Assembly (NCBI GenBank): GCA_039931165.1
Contig: JBDTSL010000001.1
Span: 66,214-130,213, forward strand
Origin: Candidatus Doudnabacteria bacterium
GTDB lineage: Bacteria; Patescibacteriota; Doudnabacteria; UBA920; O2-02-FULL-48-8
Direction of reading: 5' to 3'
Length of the DNA: 64,000 bases
The notes below the pieces were generated by a model. That model saw nothing but the letters and a program-made list of their open reading frames with translations, had not been told where the DNA came from and searched no databases. Each line of letters begins with the position of its first letter. The first letter of the stretch is position 1. The position numbers were made by a program, and so were the translations under genes. Shown one piece after another: positions 37,811-47,532 of this stretch.

Positions 37811-37949
37811 TTATTTTTAACAATGATACGAGAAAAGCTACCACAAACAATCCCCATACCAAAAAAATAATAAATTCCTCGGTGTTATGAAATTTAAGCT
37901 GTTCGTGTATGTGCTGATCGAGTGTTTTTCTTGTTTTGTGCTTGGCCAT
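37806..37949 (-). CDS. Possible 47-aa tail-anchored small membrane protein overlapping the gap start
   Basis: Manual translation: MAKHKTRKTLDQHIHEQLKFHNTEEFIIFLVWGLFVVAFLVSLLKING. Its stop overlaps gap codons 2-3. No SD. Below the ORF-track size cutoff. Confidence 0.25.
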
Positions 37950-37992
37950 ATTTTTTTAATTATTTTTTATTTAATGATATTGATTATTTATT

Positions 37993-38886
37993 TTACCTTA
38001 TTTTACCCGCCTTCCCATTGCACTTCAGCAATTTGATTTTGAATTCTGCCATTTGCTGCAAAGCATCGGTAGCCGGCCCCAGAAGTTTTCTGGGATCGTA
38101 GATCTGCGGGTTGTTTTTCAAGTTCGACCGAAGCGCTTTATTAAAAACCACTCGCAAATCGGTATCAATATTAAATATAGCCACGCCAAATTTTATTGCC
38201 GCCCGGATCTGCCTATCCGGCACTCCCGAGGCTCCGTGGACCACCAGCGGAATTTTGACTTTCTGGCGGATCTCTTTCAGCCGTTTCAGATCGATGTGCT
38301 CAACGAGAGTTGACATTATTTTTTTTATCTTGGGATTGACCGGGATTCCGTGGACAGAACCCAAAGCCACGGCCAAAGTATCGATCCTGGTTTCAGCTAC
38401 GAAACTGGCTGCCTGGTCCGGATCGGTCATGAGGTCATCCCCGGTTTTCACGGTCTGCCAATCCTCGCTGCCCAGAATTCTGCCTAATTCCGCCTGGACC
38501 CATACTCCCCGCTTATGCGCGTAAGCAACCACCTGTTTCGTTAATTTCAAATTGTCCTTATATTCCATTTGGGATGCATCCAGCATCACCGAAGAATAAC
38601 CGAGGTTGATCAGCTTTTTTATCAAACCAAAATCGTGGCAGTGGTCCTGGTGCAGGGCGATGGGGACCTTGGCCTTCCTGGCGTGTGTTTTTATCAGACC
38701 CACCAACTCTTCCATGCCAGCGTATTCCAAAGCGCCGACTGAAGTTTGGATGACGATCGGGGCTTTTTGCTTTTCCGCTGCCCGAACTATTCCAAGCGTG
38801 GTCTCCAGATCTTGCGTATTGAAAGCGGGTAAAGCGTACTTCCCCAGCATGTTCTTATTTATGATCCGGCCGATGTGAACTAGCAT
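37993..38886 (-). CDS. fba: Class II fructose/tagatose-bisphosphate aldolase
   Basis: Class II aldolase motifs (HQDHCHD...; VVHGASGV). Confidence 0.85.
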   Translation of the reverse strand: MLVHIGRIINKNMLGKYALPAFNTQDLETTLGIVRAAEKQKAPIVIQTSVGALEYAGMEELVGLIKTHARKAKVPIALHQDHCHDFGLIKKLINLGYSSVMLDASQMEYKDNLKLTKQVVAYAHKRGVWVQAELGRILGSEDWQTVKTGDDLMTDPDQAASFVAETRIDTLAVALGSVHGIPVNPKIKKIMSTLVEHIDLKRLKEIRQKVKIPLVVHGASGVPDRQIRAAIKFGVAIFNIDTDLRVVFNKALRSNLKNNPQIYDPRKLLGPATDALQQMAEFKIKLLKCNGKAGKIR

Positions 38887-39000
38887 AATAAAAAAATCCT
38901 AATATCTAAACTCTAAATCCTAAATAATATCCAAGCGCCAATTTTTCGAATTTTTAAAACCTTGGGATTTGTCATTTATTTAGAGTTTAGGATTTATGAT

Positions 39001-39210
39001 TTAAAACTTCACACCCGCTGTTAATATATCCCACAGGCCCGGCAATTGCGCTTTGTTGTTTTTGAGGGTGCAAAGCGCGTAGGCTAGATGGTAATTACAA
39101 CTCATTCCGCCTTTGGCCGTGATATTTTTCAGGCCGTGCCAATATAAAAATCCCAATACGACTACTACGGCCAAAATAATTTTTGTACCCCATTTTTTCC
39201 GAAAACGCAT
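39001..39210 (-). CDS. Small hypothetical membrane protein (69 aa)
   Basis: N-terminal TM helix; sits just downstream of paralog D. Confidence 0.35.
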   Translation of the reverse strand: MRFRKKWGTKIILAVVVVLGFLYWHGLKNITAKGGMSCNYHLAYALCTLKNNKAQLPGLWDILTAGVKF

Positions 39211-39218
39211 ATCAATTT

Positions 39219-40091
39219 TTATCTAATGCCTGTATCAATGCTGAAATCAAGTTTCACGCTCTGGCCCGCCTTGATAGTCACAGGCCGTGGAGCCGGACTG
39301 GTCCGAAACATGCCTACTGAACTTTTGTAAGTCACCAAATACGAGCCTGCGGGTAAATTCAAACTGTAATCACCCGATGAATCCAAAGCGGCTGAGGCAG
39401 CCACTGTCTTGGCATCATTTTTGTAAACAATAATTTGAGTGCCCGCATAAGCCTGGGGGGACGGCGGACACGGCATGCCGACCCTTTCCACCGGACAATT
39501 CGGCCCGATTGTGACATGGCCCGTGAGAGTTCCATTGCCGATTTGGACGACGGATGTAGGTGGATTATACGCTTTCAATTTATGGACGAGCTGATCAACT
39601 TCCTCCCATCCTGTTTTAAAATCATAATTATACCGGGCCGGCAGGGCTATTATATACTGCGAATTTTGGGCTAGAATACCGGGTGCGATCGGGGCTGCGC
39701 CCAGCGACATTTTTTCTTGCTGAACTAGCGTCCATTGCGAAGGTGTGAACACCATCACCGGCATATCCTCGCGAGGATCGGCCGCGGTCCAGAGTGGATG
39801 GCGCAGGGTTATCAGCGGGCCGTGGTCGAGAATTTTTCCGCTTGCCACGCTTCGCCCTTCCCATTGACTTGACTGGACCATAAATCCTTTCCAGCTGTTC
39901 GGCAAAGCAATAGAAAATCCATACTGATCATTTTTATAGGTTTGCAAATTTGCTGTTAAGCTTTCATGGATGAAAAAATAGGGCATCGACTGAGAAGCAA
40001 CTTGCCAATAATAGATCAAGCTAACCGCGGCAGCGACAGCCAATACAGCAAACAGAATTCCTAAAGCGTTATATTTATTGTTTTTTTTCAT
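39219..40091 (-). CDS. Membrane-anchored protein, paralog D of the WxTYxNDQYGF family
   Basis: TM anchor, then LQTYKNDQYGFSIALPNSW. Shares a GMPCP motif with paralog A's tail. Confidence 0.6.
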   Translation of the reverse strand: MKKNNKYNALGILFAVLAVAAAVSLIYYWQVASQSMPYFFIHESLTANLQTYKNDQYGFSIALPNSWKGFMVQSSQWEGRSVASGKILDHGPLITLRHPLWTAADPREDMPVMVFTPSQWTLVQQEKMSLGAAPIAPGILAQNSQYIIALPARYNYDFKTGWEEVDQLVHKLKAYNPPTSVVQIGNGTLTGHVTIGPNCPVERVGMPCPPSPQAYAGTQIIVYKNDAKTVAASAALDSSGDYSLNLPAGSYLVTYKSSVGMFRTSPAPRPVTIKAGQSVKLDFSIDTGIR

Positions 40092-40106
40092 AAGATTTTC
40101 TCCTTA

Positions 40107-41087
40107 TTAAATTTCTTTTGCCCTGAACTTAGGATGGGTTTTCAGATAATGCTCAATCTGAGACTTTGTGCGCAACCCGGCGTGAGGGCCGACAAACTGC
40201 ACCACGTAGCCGCCGTTAACCGTGCCCCAGGCGGCAGCTTCCTGGATCGGCTTGCCGTAAAACATGGCTGAAGTAAATGCCGTGCCGTAAGCGTCGCCTG
40301 CTCCCGTGGATTCCACGTGTGGGCCGACAAACTCATCCATATACCAAATTTTCAAAGACCCGTCGGAAGCGTATGAACCTTCCCTGCCGTCCGTGATCAC
40401 TGCGACCCGTGCCCCCAACTTATGCATGCCTGCAAGCAATGTTTTGACATTGCGGGTTTGTTGCTTCAGCACCAGCTGGGCTTCTTCGCGGTTCAGAAAT
40501 AAAATTTCCGTCCTCTTATAAATCCCTCTTAACGTGCTGGTGGCCATGCGCATCTGAAAAGTTCCGGGATTGAAAGCCAGCTTGATTTTTGGATTTTTCG
40601 CAAGCAATCCGCCAAGCTCCTTATGAAATTTTTCCGTTCCCTGGGCCATGGACGAAAAATAGATCCATTGAGTGTCCAGCTTACGCGGAAGTTTGTACGC
40701 AAACTTATTGTGCTTGATCAAAATCGTCCGCTCGCCCTGAAATGACAGAACGAAGTGAAAATTCGTCTGGACGTTTTTGTTGATATGGACAAACTGCGTG
40801 TCTATTCCCTCACGTGTCAATTCCCGGATGATTTTTTGACCGCTTTCATCGTCTCCGACCGCGGACACGAACGCATCTTTCATGCCGAGCCGGGATGAGC
40901 CCACCGCATTATTGGTGGAATTGCCAGCCGGCAGTAAGGTCAGATGTTCGTAAGGGATCTTATCAGCGAAAGACATGCATAATTGGCAGTTGGTATGATC
41001 TACGCCGCAGTGGATCGAAGCTTCATGCAATTGTATAAAAGCGTCAATGGTCGTGTCGCCGATCGATACAATATCGTATTTGCTCAT
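40107..41087 (-). CDS. PfkB-family carbohydrate kinase (ribokinase-like)
   Basis: C-terminal TGAGDAY anion-hole motif and the GG N-terminal motif. Confidence 0.75.
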   Translation of the reverse strand: MSKYDIVSIGDTTIDAFIQLHEASIHCGVDHTNCQLCMSFADKIPYEHLTLLPAGNSTNNAVGSSRLGMKDAFVSAVGDDESGQKIIRELTREGIDTQFVHINKNVQTNFHFVLSFQGERTILIKHNKFAYKLPRKLDTQWIYFSSMAQGTEKFHKELGGLLAKNPKIKLAFNPGTFQMRMATSTLRGIYKRTEILFLNREEAQLVLKQQTRNVKTLLAGMHKLGARVAVITDGREGSYASDGSLKIWYMDEFVGPHVESTGAGDAYGTAFTSAMFYGKPIQEAAAWGTVNGGYVVQFVGPHAGLRTKSQIEHYLKTHPKFRAKEI

Positions 41088-41137
41088 ACTTTTGGTTTCA
41101 AATAAGTTACTTTACAGCATTATTATAATGAATTATT

Positions 41138-41167
41138 AAATAAATGGCAAATATTTGCCATTTATTT
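41138..41167. terminator. Perfect 30-bp palindrome AAATAAATGGCAAAT|ATTTGCCATTTATTT (14-bp stem) in a spacer between two minus-strand genes
   Basis: Seen directly. The stem ends in TTTATTT on both strands. Confidence 0.5.
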
Positions 41168-41194
41168 AAGTTATGTTTTAGAGCATTTCAGGCA

Positions 41195-41815
41195 TTATGT
41201 CTTGGGAAGTTTTATGGCATAATCATAAACTTTTAAATAAACTTTGTGGATGTCGGGCTTGTCAGTTGCGGCCAGGCTAGTTTTGGCGTAGTCAAATACT
41301 TTTTTTGCCGCATCCGGTGTTTGGCCAATTATAAAGCTCTTGGAGTTAATAGACGCATCCTCTGCTGCTTTTCCAAAAGGTATAATTTGCGGAAATAAAA
41401 TTTTGTATTCCCCAAGTTCTTCATCCCATCTGACGCTGAAAATACTTTCTCCATTCTCTGTAAACTCTTCATGATATGACTTATCTGGACCCAGTTCCTT
41501 TTTTTCCTCCTCCGGTTGTTCTTTTTTCCGCGCTCCTAACAACTCTAGTTTTAGCTCTACTTTCAGTTCTGCCATTAATTCAGCTTTCAACTCTGTTTTC
41601 AGCTCATATTTTAGTTCTTTTTTTAATTCAGCTCTCAACTCTGCTTTCATCTGTTCTTTTACCCCTTGGCCCGATTCCTTTACTTCCTGAATCCTTAATT
41701 CGTATCCTTCTTTTTGTCCTGTCCTTCTAGCCTGGGCTATGCTTTCTTCAACCCCATCCTCCGGAACCTCAGCAATATTCATTTCTTCCGGCGACGGTTC
41801 ATTTTTTTCTGCCAT
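41195..41815 (-). CDS. Acidic protein with ~10 tandem tetrapeptide repeats (ELKx)n, then a globular C-terminal domain
   Basis: ELRAELKKELKYELKTELKAELMAELKVELKLEL repeat block seen directly. Confidence 0.5.
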   Translation of the reverse strand: MAEKNEPSPEEMNIAEVPEDGVEESIAQARRTGQKEGYELRIQEVKESGQGVKEQMKAELRAELKKELKYELKTELKAELMAELKVELKLELLGARKKEQPEEEKKELGPDKSYHEEFTENGESIFSVRWDEELGEYKILFPQIIPFGKAAEDASINSKSFIIGQTPDAAKKVFDYAKTSLAATDKPDIHKVYLKVYDYAIKLPKT

Positions 41816-41971
41816 AAATATTTAATTAATTATTAAATATTGAACATGTTCATTTTATTTTTTTGCTTGCCTATTTTTTACGGCGATGATGTTGCCGTGT
41901 ACACATAAACCGATTGTAGAGTAAAACCGGGCTTATCTTTCAATTGATTTATTTTCCGCCAGATTTTAATG

Positions 41972-42478
41972 TTAATTTCCTACACAATAATTCAAGGTCC
42001 ATCCTCTTCCCCAGAGATTGCCGATGATATGATAATCTTGATCCGCGGTGTTTTCCAATTTTGAACAGATGATGTAGTTATCCACGCTCGCGGCAGTCAC
42101 TCCATTGATTCCATCATATTTGTACCCGATCCCGAAATAATACCAATACCCGTCAGCTGCAACACAAAAAGGAGGCAGACCTGGGCTTAAAGGATCATCC
42201 GGCATAGAAGCGAAATATTTAGGAACCAGCGTGCTTGTCAGACCCGAAGAACAAGGATTATTCAGATGGATCCACGTACCCGCATCGTTTGGAGGCCATC
42301 CGTTATCGGATATCATCAGCTCAAAAGCTTTTTGGATTTGGTTTACGTCTACCTTGCGTCTGGCATCGCGCGCCTTGGCGCGGCCGCCACTGAGGGAAAC
42401 CAAAATAATACTGGCAAGCATGCCGATTACGGAGATAACAACCAGAAGTTCTATTAAAGTAAATCCTTTTTGATTCAT
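41972..42478 (-). CDS. Type IV pilin/pseudopilin with a prepilin N-terminal methylation motif
   Basis: KGFTLIELLVVISVIGMLA class III signal plus a Cys-containing C-terminal domain. Confidence 0.75.
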   Translation of the reverse strand: MNQKGFTLIELLVVISVIGMLASIILVSLSGGRAKARDARRKVDVNQIQKAFELMISDNGWPPNDAGTWIHLNNPCSSGLTSTLVPKYFASMPDDPLSPGLPPFCVAADGYWYYFGIGYKYDGINGVTAASVDNYIICSKLENTADQDYHIIGNLWGRGWTLNYCVGN

Positions 42479-42511
42479 TAATTTATTATGGATCCCCGCT
42501 TTCGTGGACGG

Positions 42512-43489
42512 TCAAGCTTTACGCTTGACCGCTTTTTTTACTGCCGCAATTATCGCTTTTGCATCCATTCCCCATTTGGCGATCAGTTCTTTTTGTTCCC
42601 CGGATTCCCCGAAATGATCGGGCATGCCCACAAACTCCTGAGGCACCGGAAAATTTCTTCCCAAAACCTCCGCCACCGCGCTACCCACGCCGCCTGTGAT
42701 CTGATGTTCCTCGGCCGAAACCGCGCAGCCGGTTTTTTTGACCGACGCTACCAGAGTTTGTCCATCAAACGGTTTGACTGACGCGACGTTTATCACTTCG
42801 CATTCAATTCCGACTTTACTGAGTTGATTGGCCGCATCCAAGGCATAATATACTTGCGGGCCGGCAGCCGCGATGGTACAGTCTTTTCCTTCACGATAAA
42901 CGTAGGCTTTACCGATCTCAAACGGCGTTTCGTCCGTGGTGAATTGAGGGGTTTTTTCCCGGGCCAGCCTCAGATACACCGGACCTATGATTTTCGCCGC
43001 GGCCAAAGTCGCTTTTCGGGCTTCCAAAGCATCGCATGGCACCAAAACTGTCATTCTCGGCAAAACACGCGTGATCGCGATATCTTCCATGGCCTGATGC
43101 GTAGCCCCATCCGGCCCGACCGAAATGCCGGCGTGAGAGCCCACGATCTTCACATTATTTCCGCTGTAACAGATTGAAACCCGAATCTGGTCCCAGTTCC
43201 GTCCCGGAGAGAAGGTAGCATAGGAAGTGATGAAAGGGATCTTGCCTTCATGGGCCATGCCCGCGCCCAAACCCGCCAAATTTTGCTCCGCAACCCCCAC
43301 TTCCACGAACCGCTCCGGGTACGCTTCGGCAAATTCCTGCGAACGGGTCGATTCCGTAAGATCGCAGCACAAAACCACGACTTCGGGGTTTTCCTTGCCC
43401 AAGATCATCAGTCCCTCGCCGTAACCGTTGCGGATCGGGATGTGTTTGATGTCAGGCTCGAACAAATTGTCGATTAATTTTACGGGCAT
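42512..43489 (-). CDS. Transketolase, C-terminal subunit (split transketolase)
   Basis: Pyrimidine-binding and C-terminal domains present. The N-terminal subunit is encoded separately upstream. Confidence 0.85.
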   Translation of the reverse strand: MPVKLIDNLFEPDIKHIPIRNGYGEGLMILGKENPEVVVLCCDLTESTRSQEFAEAYPERFVEVGVAEQNLAGLGAGMAHEGKIPFITSYATFSPGRNWDQIRVSICYSGNNVKIVGSHAGISVGPDGATHQAMEDIAITRVLPRMTVLVPCDALEARKATLAAAKIIGPVYLRLAREKTPQFTTDETPFEIGKAYVYREGKDCTIAAAGPQVYYALDAANQLSKVGIECEVINVASVKPFDGQTLVASVKKTGCAVSAEEHQITGGVGSAVAEVLGRNFPVPQEFVGMPDHFGESGEQKELIAKWGMDAKAIIAAVKKAVKRKA

Positions 43490-43719
43490 TAATTCACTGC
43501 ACCTTTTTCAAAATCTTTTTTTAATTTTTCTTGAGTTAAACTATCTGCTTCATTTATCAAATCCGATTCAACATCAATTTCTTTTTGTCTTTTCATCATT
43601 TCCAAAGTCATCTTATTTGGACTCCGCATTTCACTTTGTAGTTTAGCGAATTTGTTGATTACTTCTTTTTTCGTAATCTCTTCCGCGCCTTTTGGCATTT
43701 CACTTTCGCTTTGATTCAT
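43489..43719 (-). CDS. Hypothetical 76-aa charged/coiled-coil protein between the two transketolase subunit genes
   Basis: TAATG 1-nt overlap with the downstream transketolase C-subunit start. No family recognised. Confidence 0.45.
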   Translation of the reverse strand: MNQSESEMPKGAEEITKKEVINKFAKLQSEMRSPNKMTLEMMKRQKEIDVESDLINEADSLTQEKLKKDFEKGAVN

Positions 43720-43757
43720 AATTATTCCTTTCTTTTTAATTAACGAGGATACTGCGA

Positions 43758-44639
43758 CTATTCATGTTCGCTCCTGATCTTCCCTCCCAAAGTTCTTAAT
43801 TCTTTCAGGGCAATTTCGGCTTGCTGGTCTTTCGGCGGCGAACCGGACGGCTCGATCGTACCCGGCGGATTGCCGTGCCATTCAAAGCGGTATTCCATAA
43901 AATCCACTCCCTTTCCGGGAATGGTATGGCAAATTATCACGGTCGGTTTTTCGTAAATCGCTTTGGCTTCGTTGCAGGCATCGATAATTTCCCGGATATT
44001 ATGGCCGTCTATTTCCAGAACATGCCAGCCGAAGGCTTTCCATTTGTCCACAAACGGTTCCAACGGCATAATGTCTTCCGTATAACCGTCGATCTGAATA
44101 TTATTGCGGTCAATAATGCCGGTCAGATTTCGCAATTTATTTTTGGCGGCAAACATGGCAGCTTCCCAGATCTGCCCCTCTTCCTGTTCGCCGTCCGACA
44201 TAACGCAATATACTCTCCACGGTTCTTTTTTCATTTTAAGGCCGACATAAGCCATGCCGGCGGCCTGCGAAAGGCCCTGGCCCAGAGGTCCCGAGCTATT
44301 TTCGGCGCCGGGCAACTCTTCACCGTGAGGGTGCCCTTGTAGTCTGGTTCCTAATTTTCTTAAAGTCGATAACTCCGTCATCGGAAAAAAACCGGCCTCC
44401 GCGAGCGTGGCGTACCAGACGGGACAAATATGCCCGCAGGACAAAACAAACCGGTCGCGGCTTTCTAATGCCGGATTTTTCGGGTCGACGTTCATCACCG
44501 CGAAATACAGCGCGGTAAAAACATCTGTCATGCCCAAGGGTCCGGCCGAGTGGCCGGATTTAGCCGCGACAAGCATTTTGATAATGTCCTGCCTGATGTC
44601 GTTGGCTTTTTCTTCGAGTTGTTGGATCGAGAATTCCAT
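43758..44639 (-). CDS. Transketolase, N-terminal (TPP-binding) subunit
   Basis: TPP-binding GDG...N motif region and AAKSGHSAGPLGMTD. Confidence 0.85.
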   Translation of the reverse strand: MEFSIQQLEEKANDIRQDIIKMLVAAKSGHSAGPLGMTDVFTALYFAVMNVDPKNPALESRDRFVLSCGHICPVWYATLAEAGFFPMTELSTLRKLGTRLQGHPHGEELPGAENSSGPLGQGLSQAAGMAYVGLKMKKEPWRVYCVMSDGEQEEGQIWEAAMFAAKNKLRNLTGIIDRNNIQIDGYTEDIMPLEPFVDKWKAFGWHVLEIDGHNIREIIDACNEAKAIYEKPTVIICHTIPGKGVDFMEYRFEWHGNPPGTIEPSGSPPKDQQAEIALKELRTLGGKIRSEHE

Positions 44640-45298
44640 TATGCGTTTTCAATATCAATTTTAAGCGCTTCGACTGCCATGGCTTCATCTTCCGATTTGA
44701 GAATGGCGGAACCGGTGACCAAAATATCAGCGCCGGCCTTGGCGCAGGCGCCGGCAATGCCGATTTTTATCCCTCCGTCAACCGCAATTATGACACTTTT
44801 GGAAAGCTGCCGCAATTCACGGATTTTTCCGATTGTCGCAGGGATAAAAGGACGGCCCTGAAAACCCGGCTGAATACCCATCAGCTGGATCAGCGGCACG
44901 ATGTTGATAAATTTTCCGATGTCATAGAGCGGCGTTTCCGGACTCACCGACAAACCCACTTTCAGGTCCAATTTTTCCGCCTGATCGATCACCGGGGTAA
45001 TCTGCGCAATATTTCCGAACGCTTCAAACTGTAAAATTACCCACTTAAATCCGGCTTCTTTTGCGTCAATAAAATATTTTTGCGGTTCCAAGGTCATGAA
45101 ATGCGCCATCAAGGTCATGGGCGATGATTTCAAAAAACCCAGATCAGCCGGCATCACGGTTTTGTTTTCGATAAACTTGCCGTCAATAAAGTCTATGTGC
45201 AGTTTCGTGAAATAGTGGCTTACCGCAAAAAGTTCCGCGTATCTTAGGCGGAAATCCGCAACATCATTGGTTAAAATCGCAGGGGAAATTTCGGTCAT
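44639..45298 (-). CDS. rpe: Ribulose-phosphate 3-epimerase
   Basis: TIM-barrel epimerase similarity (HIDFIDG, VDGGI). Confidence 0.8.
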   Translation of the reverse strand: MTEISPAILTNDVADFRLRYAELFAVSHYFTKLHIDFIDGKFIENKTVMPADLGFLKSSPMTLMAHFMTLEPQKYFIDAKEAGFKWVILQFEAFGNIAQITPVIDQAEKLDLKVGLSVSPETPLYDIGKFINIVPLIQLMGIQPGFQGRPFIPATIGKIRELRQLSKSVIIAVDGGIKIGIAGACAKAGADILVTGSAILKSEDEAMAVEALKIDIENA

Positions 45299-45303
45299 GA
45301 ATA

Positions 45304-45756
45304 CTACAAATTTACGTCTATTTTCTTAACTTTATTTACCCTTCTGACAAACCGCTCCTCCTTCTCATCAAAAGGCGTGGTCAAAAACATATGGACCATG
45401 GCTTTGGCGCTGCCCAAAGTCACATAATCCGCAGGCAGGCACAGAATATTAGCATCGTCGTCGTTGCGCGCTGCCGCTGCCGAGTGTTCGGTCCAGGCAA
45501 GCGCGGCCCGCGCTCCTTTAGCTTTGTTGGCGACAATCGATTCGCCTTGCCCTGACCGGCAGGCCAAAATTCCGAACGCCCCTTCCGCATTACCGACTTT
45601 CACCGCGACCGGCCAGGCATAATCCGGATAGTCATCATCGGATTTAAATTCTTTCGCGCCTAGGTCCTCAAATTCAATATGCCACTCGGCCAGCCAGTTT
45701 TTTATTTCTTCTTTCAGTTTAAATCCGCCGTGGTCGGCGCCTAAATATACTTTCAT
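45304..45756 (-). CDS. rpiB: Ribose-5-phosphate isomerase B
   Basis: GADHGGFKLKE N-terminus and the RpiB/LacAB fold. Confidence 0.9.
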   Translation of the reverse strand: MKVYLGADHGGFKLKEEIKNWLAEWHIEFEDLGAKEFKSDDDYPDYAWPVAVKVGNAEGAFGILACRSGQGESIVANKAKGARAALAWTEHSAAAARNDDDANILCLPADYVTLGSAKAMVHMFLTTPFDEKEERFVRRVNKVKKIDVNL

Positions 45757-46529
45757 GTGCGATGTATCGCCTCCCGGCCGAACTCTTGCACTATTTTCCA
45801 GAAATTTTCCGCGTCCAAACTGGCGGCACCGACCAGCGCTCCGCCGATTATCGGATATTTAGCATATTCATGGACATTGGCTTGATTTACCGTGCCGCCG
45901 TATAAAACTCTGACATTCAAGGATACTTTGCCGATCCGGTGTTCCAGGAGCTGAAAAATATGCCTGACCAGCTCATGAGCGTGCTCGCCGGTGGCTGGCT
46001 CGGATTTTTTCATGCTCGAAATGGCCCAAACCGGTTCGTAAACAAACACAATTTTTTCCAGTTGTTTTTTATCCAGATCTTTTGTGGTTTTAATGAACTG
46101 CTTCGTCACCAAATTTTTCATTTCAGCCTTTATCGCTCCTTCTTCACCGCCCAGGCAGACGATGGGAGTGATTTTATGTTTTAAGGCCGCAATAATTTTC
46201 GCGTTGACCACGGAATCGGTCTCGCCTAAGAAAAGCCTTCTTTCGGAATGTCCTAAAATAACATAGTTTACATTCCAAAGTTTCAACTGAACCGCGGATA
46301 TTTCACCGGTCAAAGCGCCCTTGTCGGCCCAGCTCATATTCTGCGCTCCCATAAAAACCCGATGCGTATAGTGCAACAACGCCGGAAGATACACAAAAGG
46401 CGCGCATATCGCGACCTCGGCATCGGCTGTAGTGGTGTGCAAACGGTGCTCGAGCGAAGCCGCCAGACGCCGAGTTTCTTCTATGGTCTGAGGGTTCATT
46501 TTCCAATTGGCAATAATCAATTTTTTCAT
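45753..46529 (-). CDS. tpiA: Triosephosphate isomerase
   Basis: ANWKMN, ILGHSERR and YGGTVN signatures. Confidence 0.9.
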   Translation of the reverse strand: MKKLIIANWKMNPQTIEETRRLAASLEHRLHTTTADAEVAICAPFVYLPALLHYTHRVFMGAQNMSWADKGALTGEISAVQLKLWNVNYVILGHSERRLFLGETDSVVNAKIIAALKHKITPIVCLGGEEGAIKAEMKNLVTKQFIKTTKDLDKKQLEKIVFVYEPVWAISSMKKSEPATGEHAHELVRHIFQLLEHRIGKVSLNVRVLYGGTVNQANVHEYAKYPIIGGALVGAASLDAENFWKIVQEFGREAIHRT

Positions 46530-46530
46530 A

Positions 46531-47532
46531 TTAGGGTTGCCTGTAAATATCAGCTGCTGTTTCCGGCAAAATTGTATTCACGTATACATCCGAGCCAAGT
46601 TCAAACCCGCCCCAGACGTTCAGGCGCGGCAAAATTTCCAGATGCCAATGATAACTGCGCACGTCATACCGGGTGTGGAGAGAGTGGGAAACAGGCAAAG
46701 TATGAATATAAAAATTGTAAGCCGGGTTTTTCAGCTTAAAATAAATTTTCTGCAAAATCAGCTTCAATACCCGGGCCAGTGATCGTCTTTCGCCATCGGT
46801 CATTTCAAAAAAATTGGCCTGGTGTCTTTTTGGGATTATACGCAAGGCAAAAGGCACCCGGGCGGCAAAAGGCGAAGAAACAAAAAAATCCTTTTCATCC
46901 AAAACCACCCGCACCTGGTCGGATAATTCCTTCAAAATAACTTCACAATAAATACAGGCCCCGCTTGCCAAAAAAGAGTGATAACTGCTGACAACCTCGC
47001 CATGCAGATGCTCCGGCACGAATGGCGTGGCAAAGATCTGGGAATGGGGATGCAAAATAGAAGCGCCGCCGGCGTGACCGTGATTTTGTATGACATGGAC
47101 ATACTCGACTTCAGGATGGTTGGAAAGCTCTACCATGCGGTCCTGATACACCTTAAGCGAGGTGTCTAAGATGTCATCCGTCAAAAAACCGGTCAGGATA
47201 TTATGCGGTCTGGTGATGATCACTTCGTGGTCGCCAATACCTTCACGGACGCGGTAAAAATCGTGCCGCTCCGAGCTTCCACCGAGATGGCCTAAGGCCT
47301 CAAATTTATTCGGAATGACGCGCACTTGCCAGTTCCGGCCGTTGGGGACCGAGCAAATTTCCTGATTTTTCTCTTCATTACCGGGACAAAAAGCGCAGGA
47401 TTTGTCTACCTCAGGAAGCTGGTCTGAAGGCGGTGTTGACGGTTCAAGCTTAAAATCCTCAGGTTTTGAGGCCCGGTTGGGCGCAAACAGCACCCAATGT
47501 TTGGAGACAATGTCCTGCCGGAATTCACTCAT
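46531..47532 (-). CDS. galT: Galactose-1-phosphate uridylyltransferase (HIT superfamily)
   Basis: CAFCPGNE zinc site and the HPHSQ active-site motif. Confidence 0.85.
   Translation of the reverse strand: MSEFRQDIVSKHWVLFAPNRASKPEDFKLEPSTPPSDQLPEVDKSCAFCPGNEEKNQEICSVPNGRNWQVRVIPNKFEALGHLGGSSERHDFYRVREGIGDHEVIITRPHNILTGFLTDDILDTSLKVYQDRMVELSNHPEVEYVHVIQNHGHAGGASILHPHSQIFATPFVPEHLHGEVVSSYHSFLASGACIYCEVILKELSDQVRVVLDEKDFFVSSPFAARVPFALRIIPKRHQANFFEMTDGERRSLARVLKLILQKIYFKLKNPAYNFYIHTLPVSHSLHTRYDVRSYHWHLEILPRLNVWGGFELGSDVYVNTILPETAADIYRQP

Noticed and set aside
41843-41854. TGAACATGTTCA as a Gram-positive LexA (Cheo) box
   Set aside because: The Cheo consensus is GAAC-N4-GTTC; here the spacing is N2. 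No lexA is in the window.
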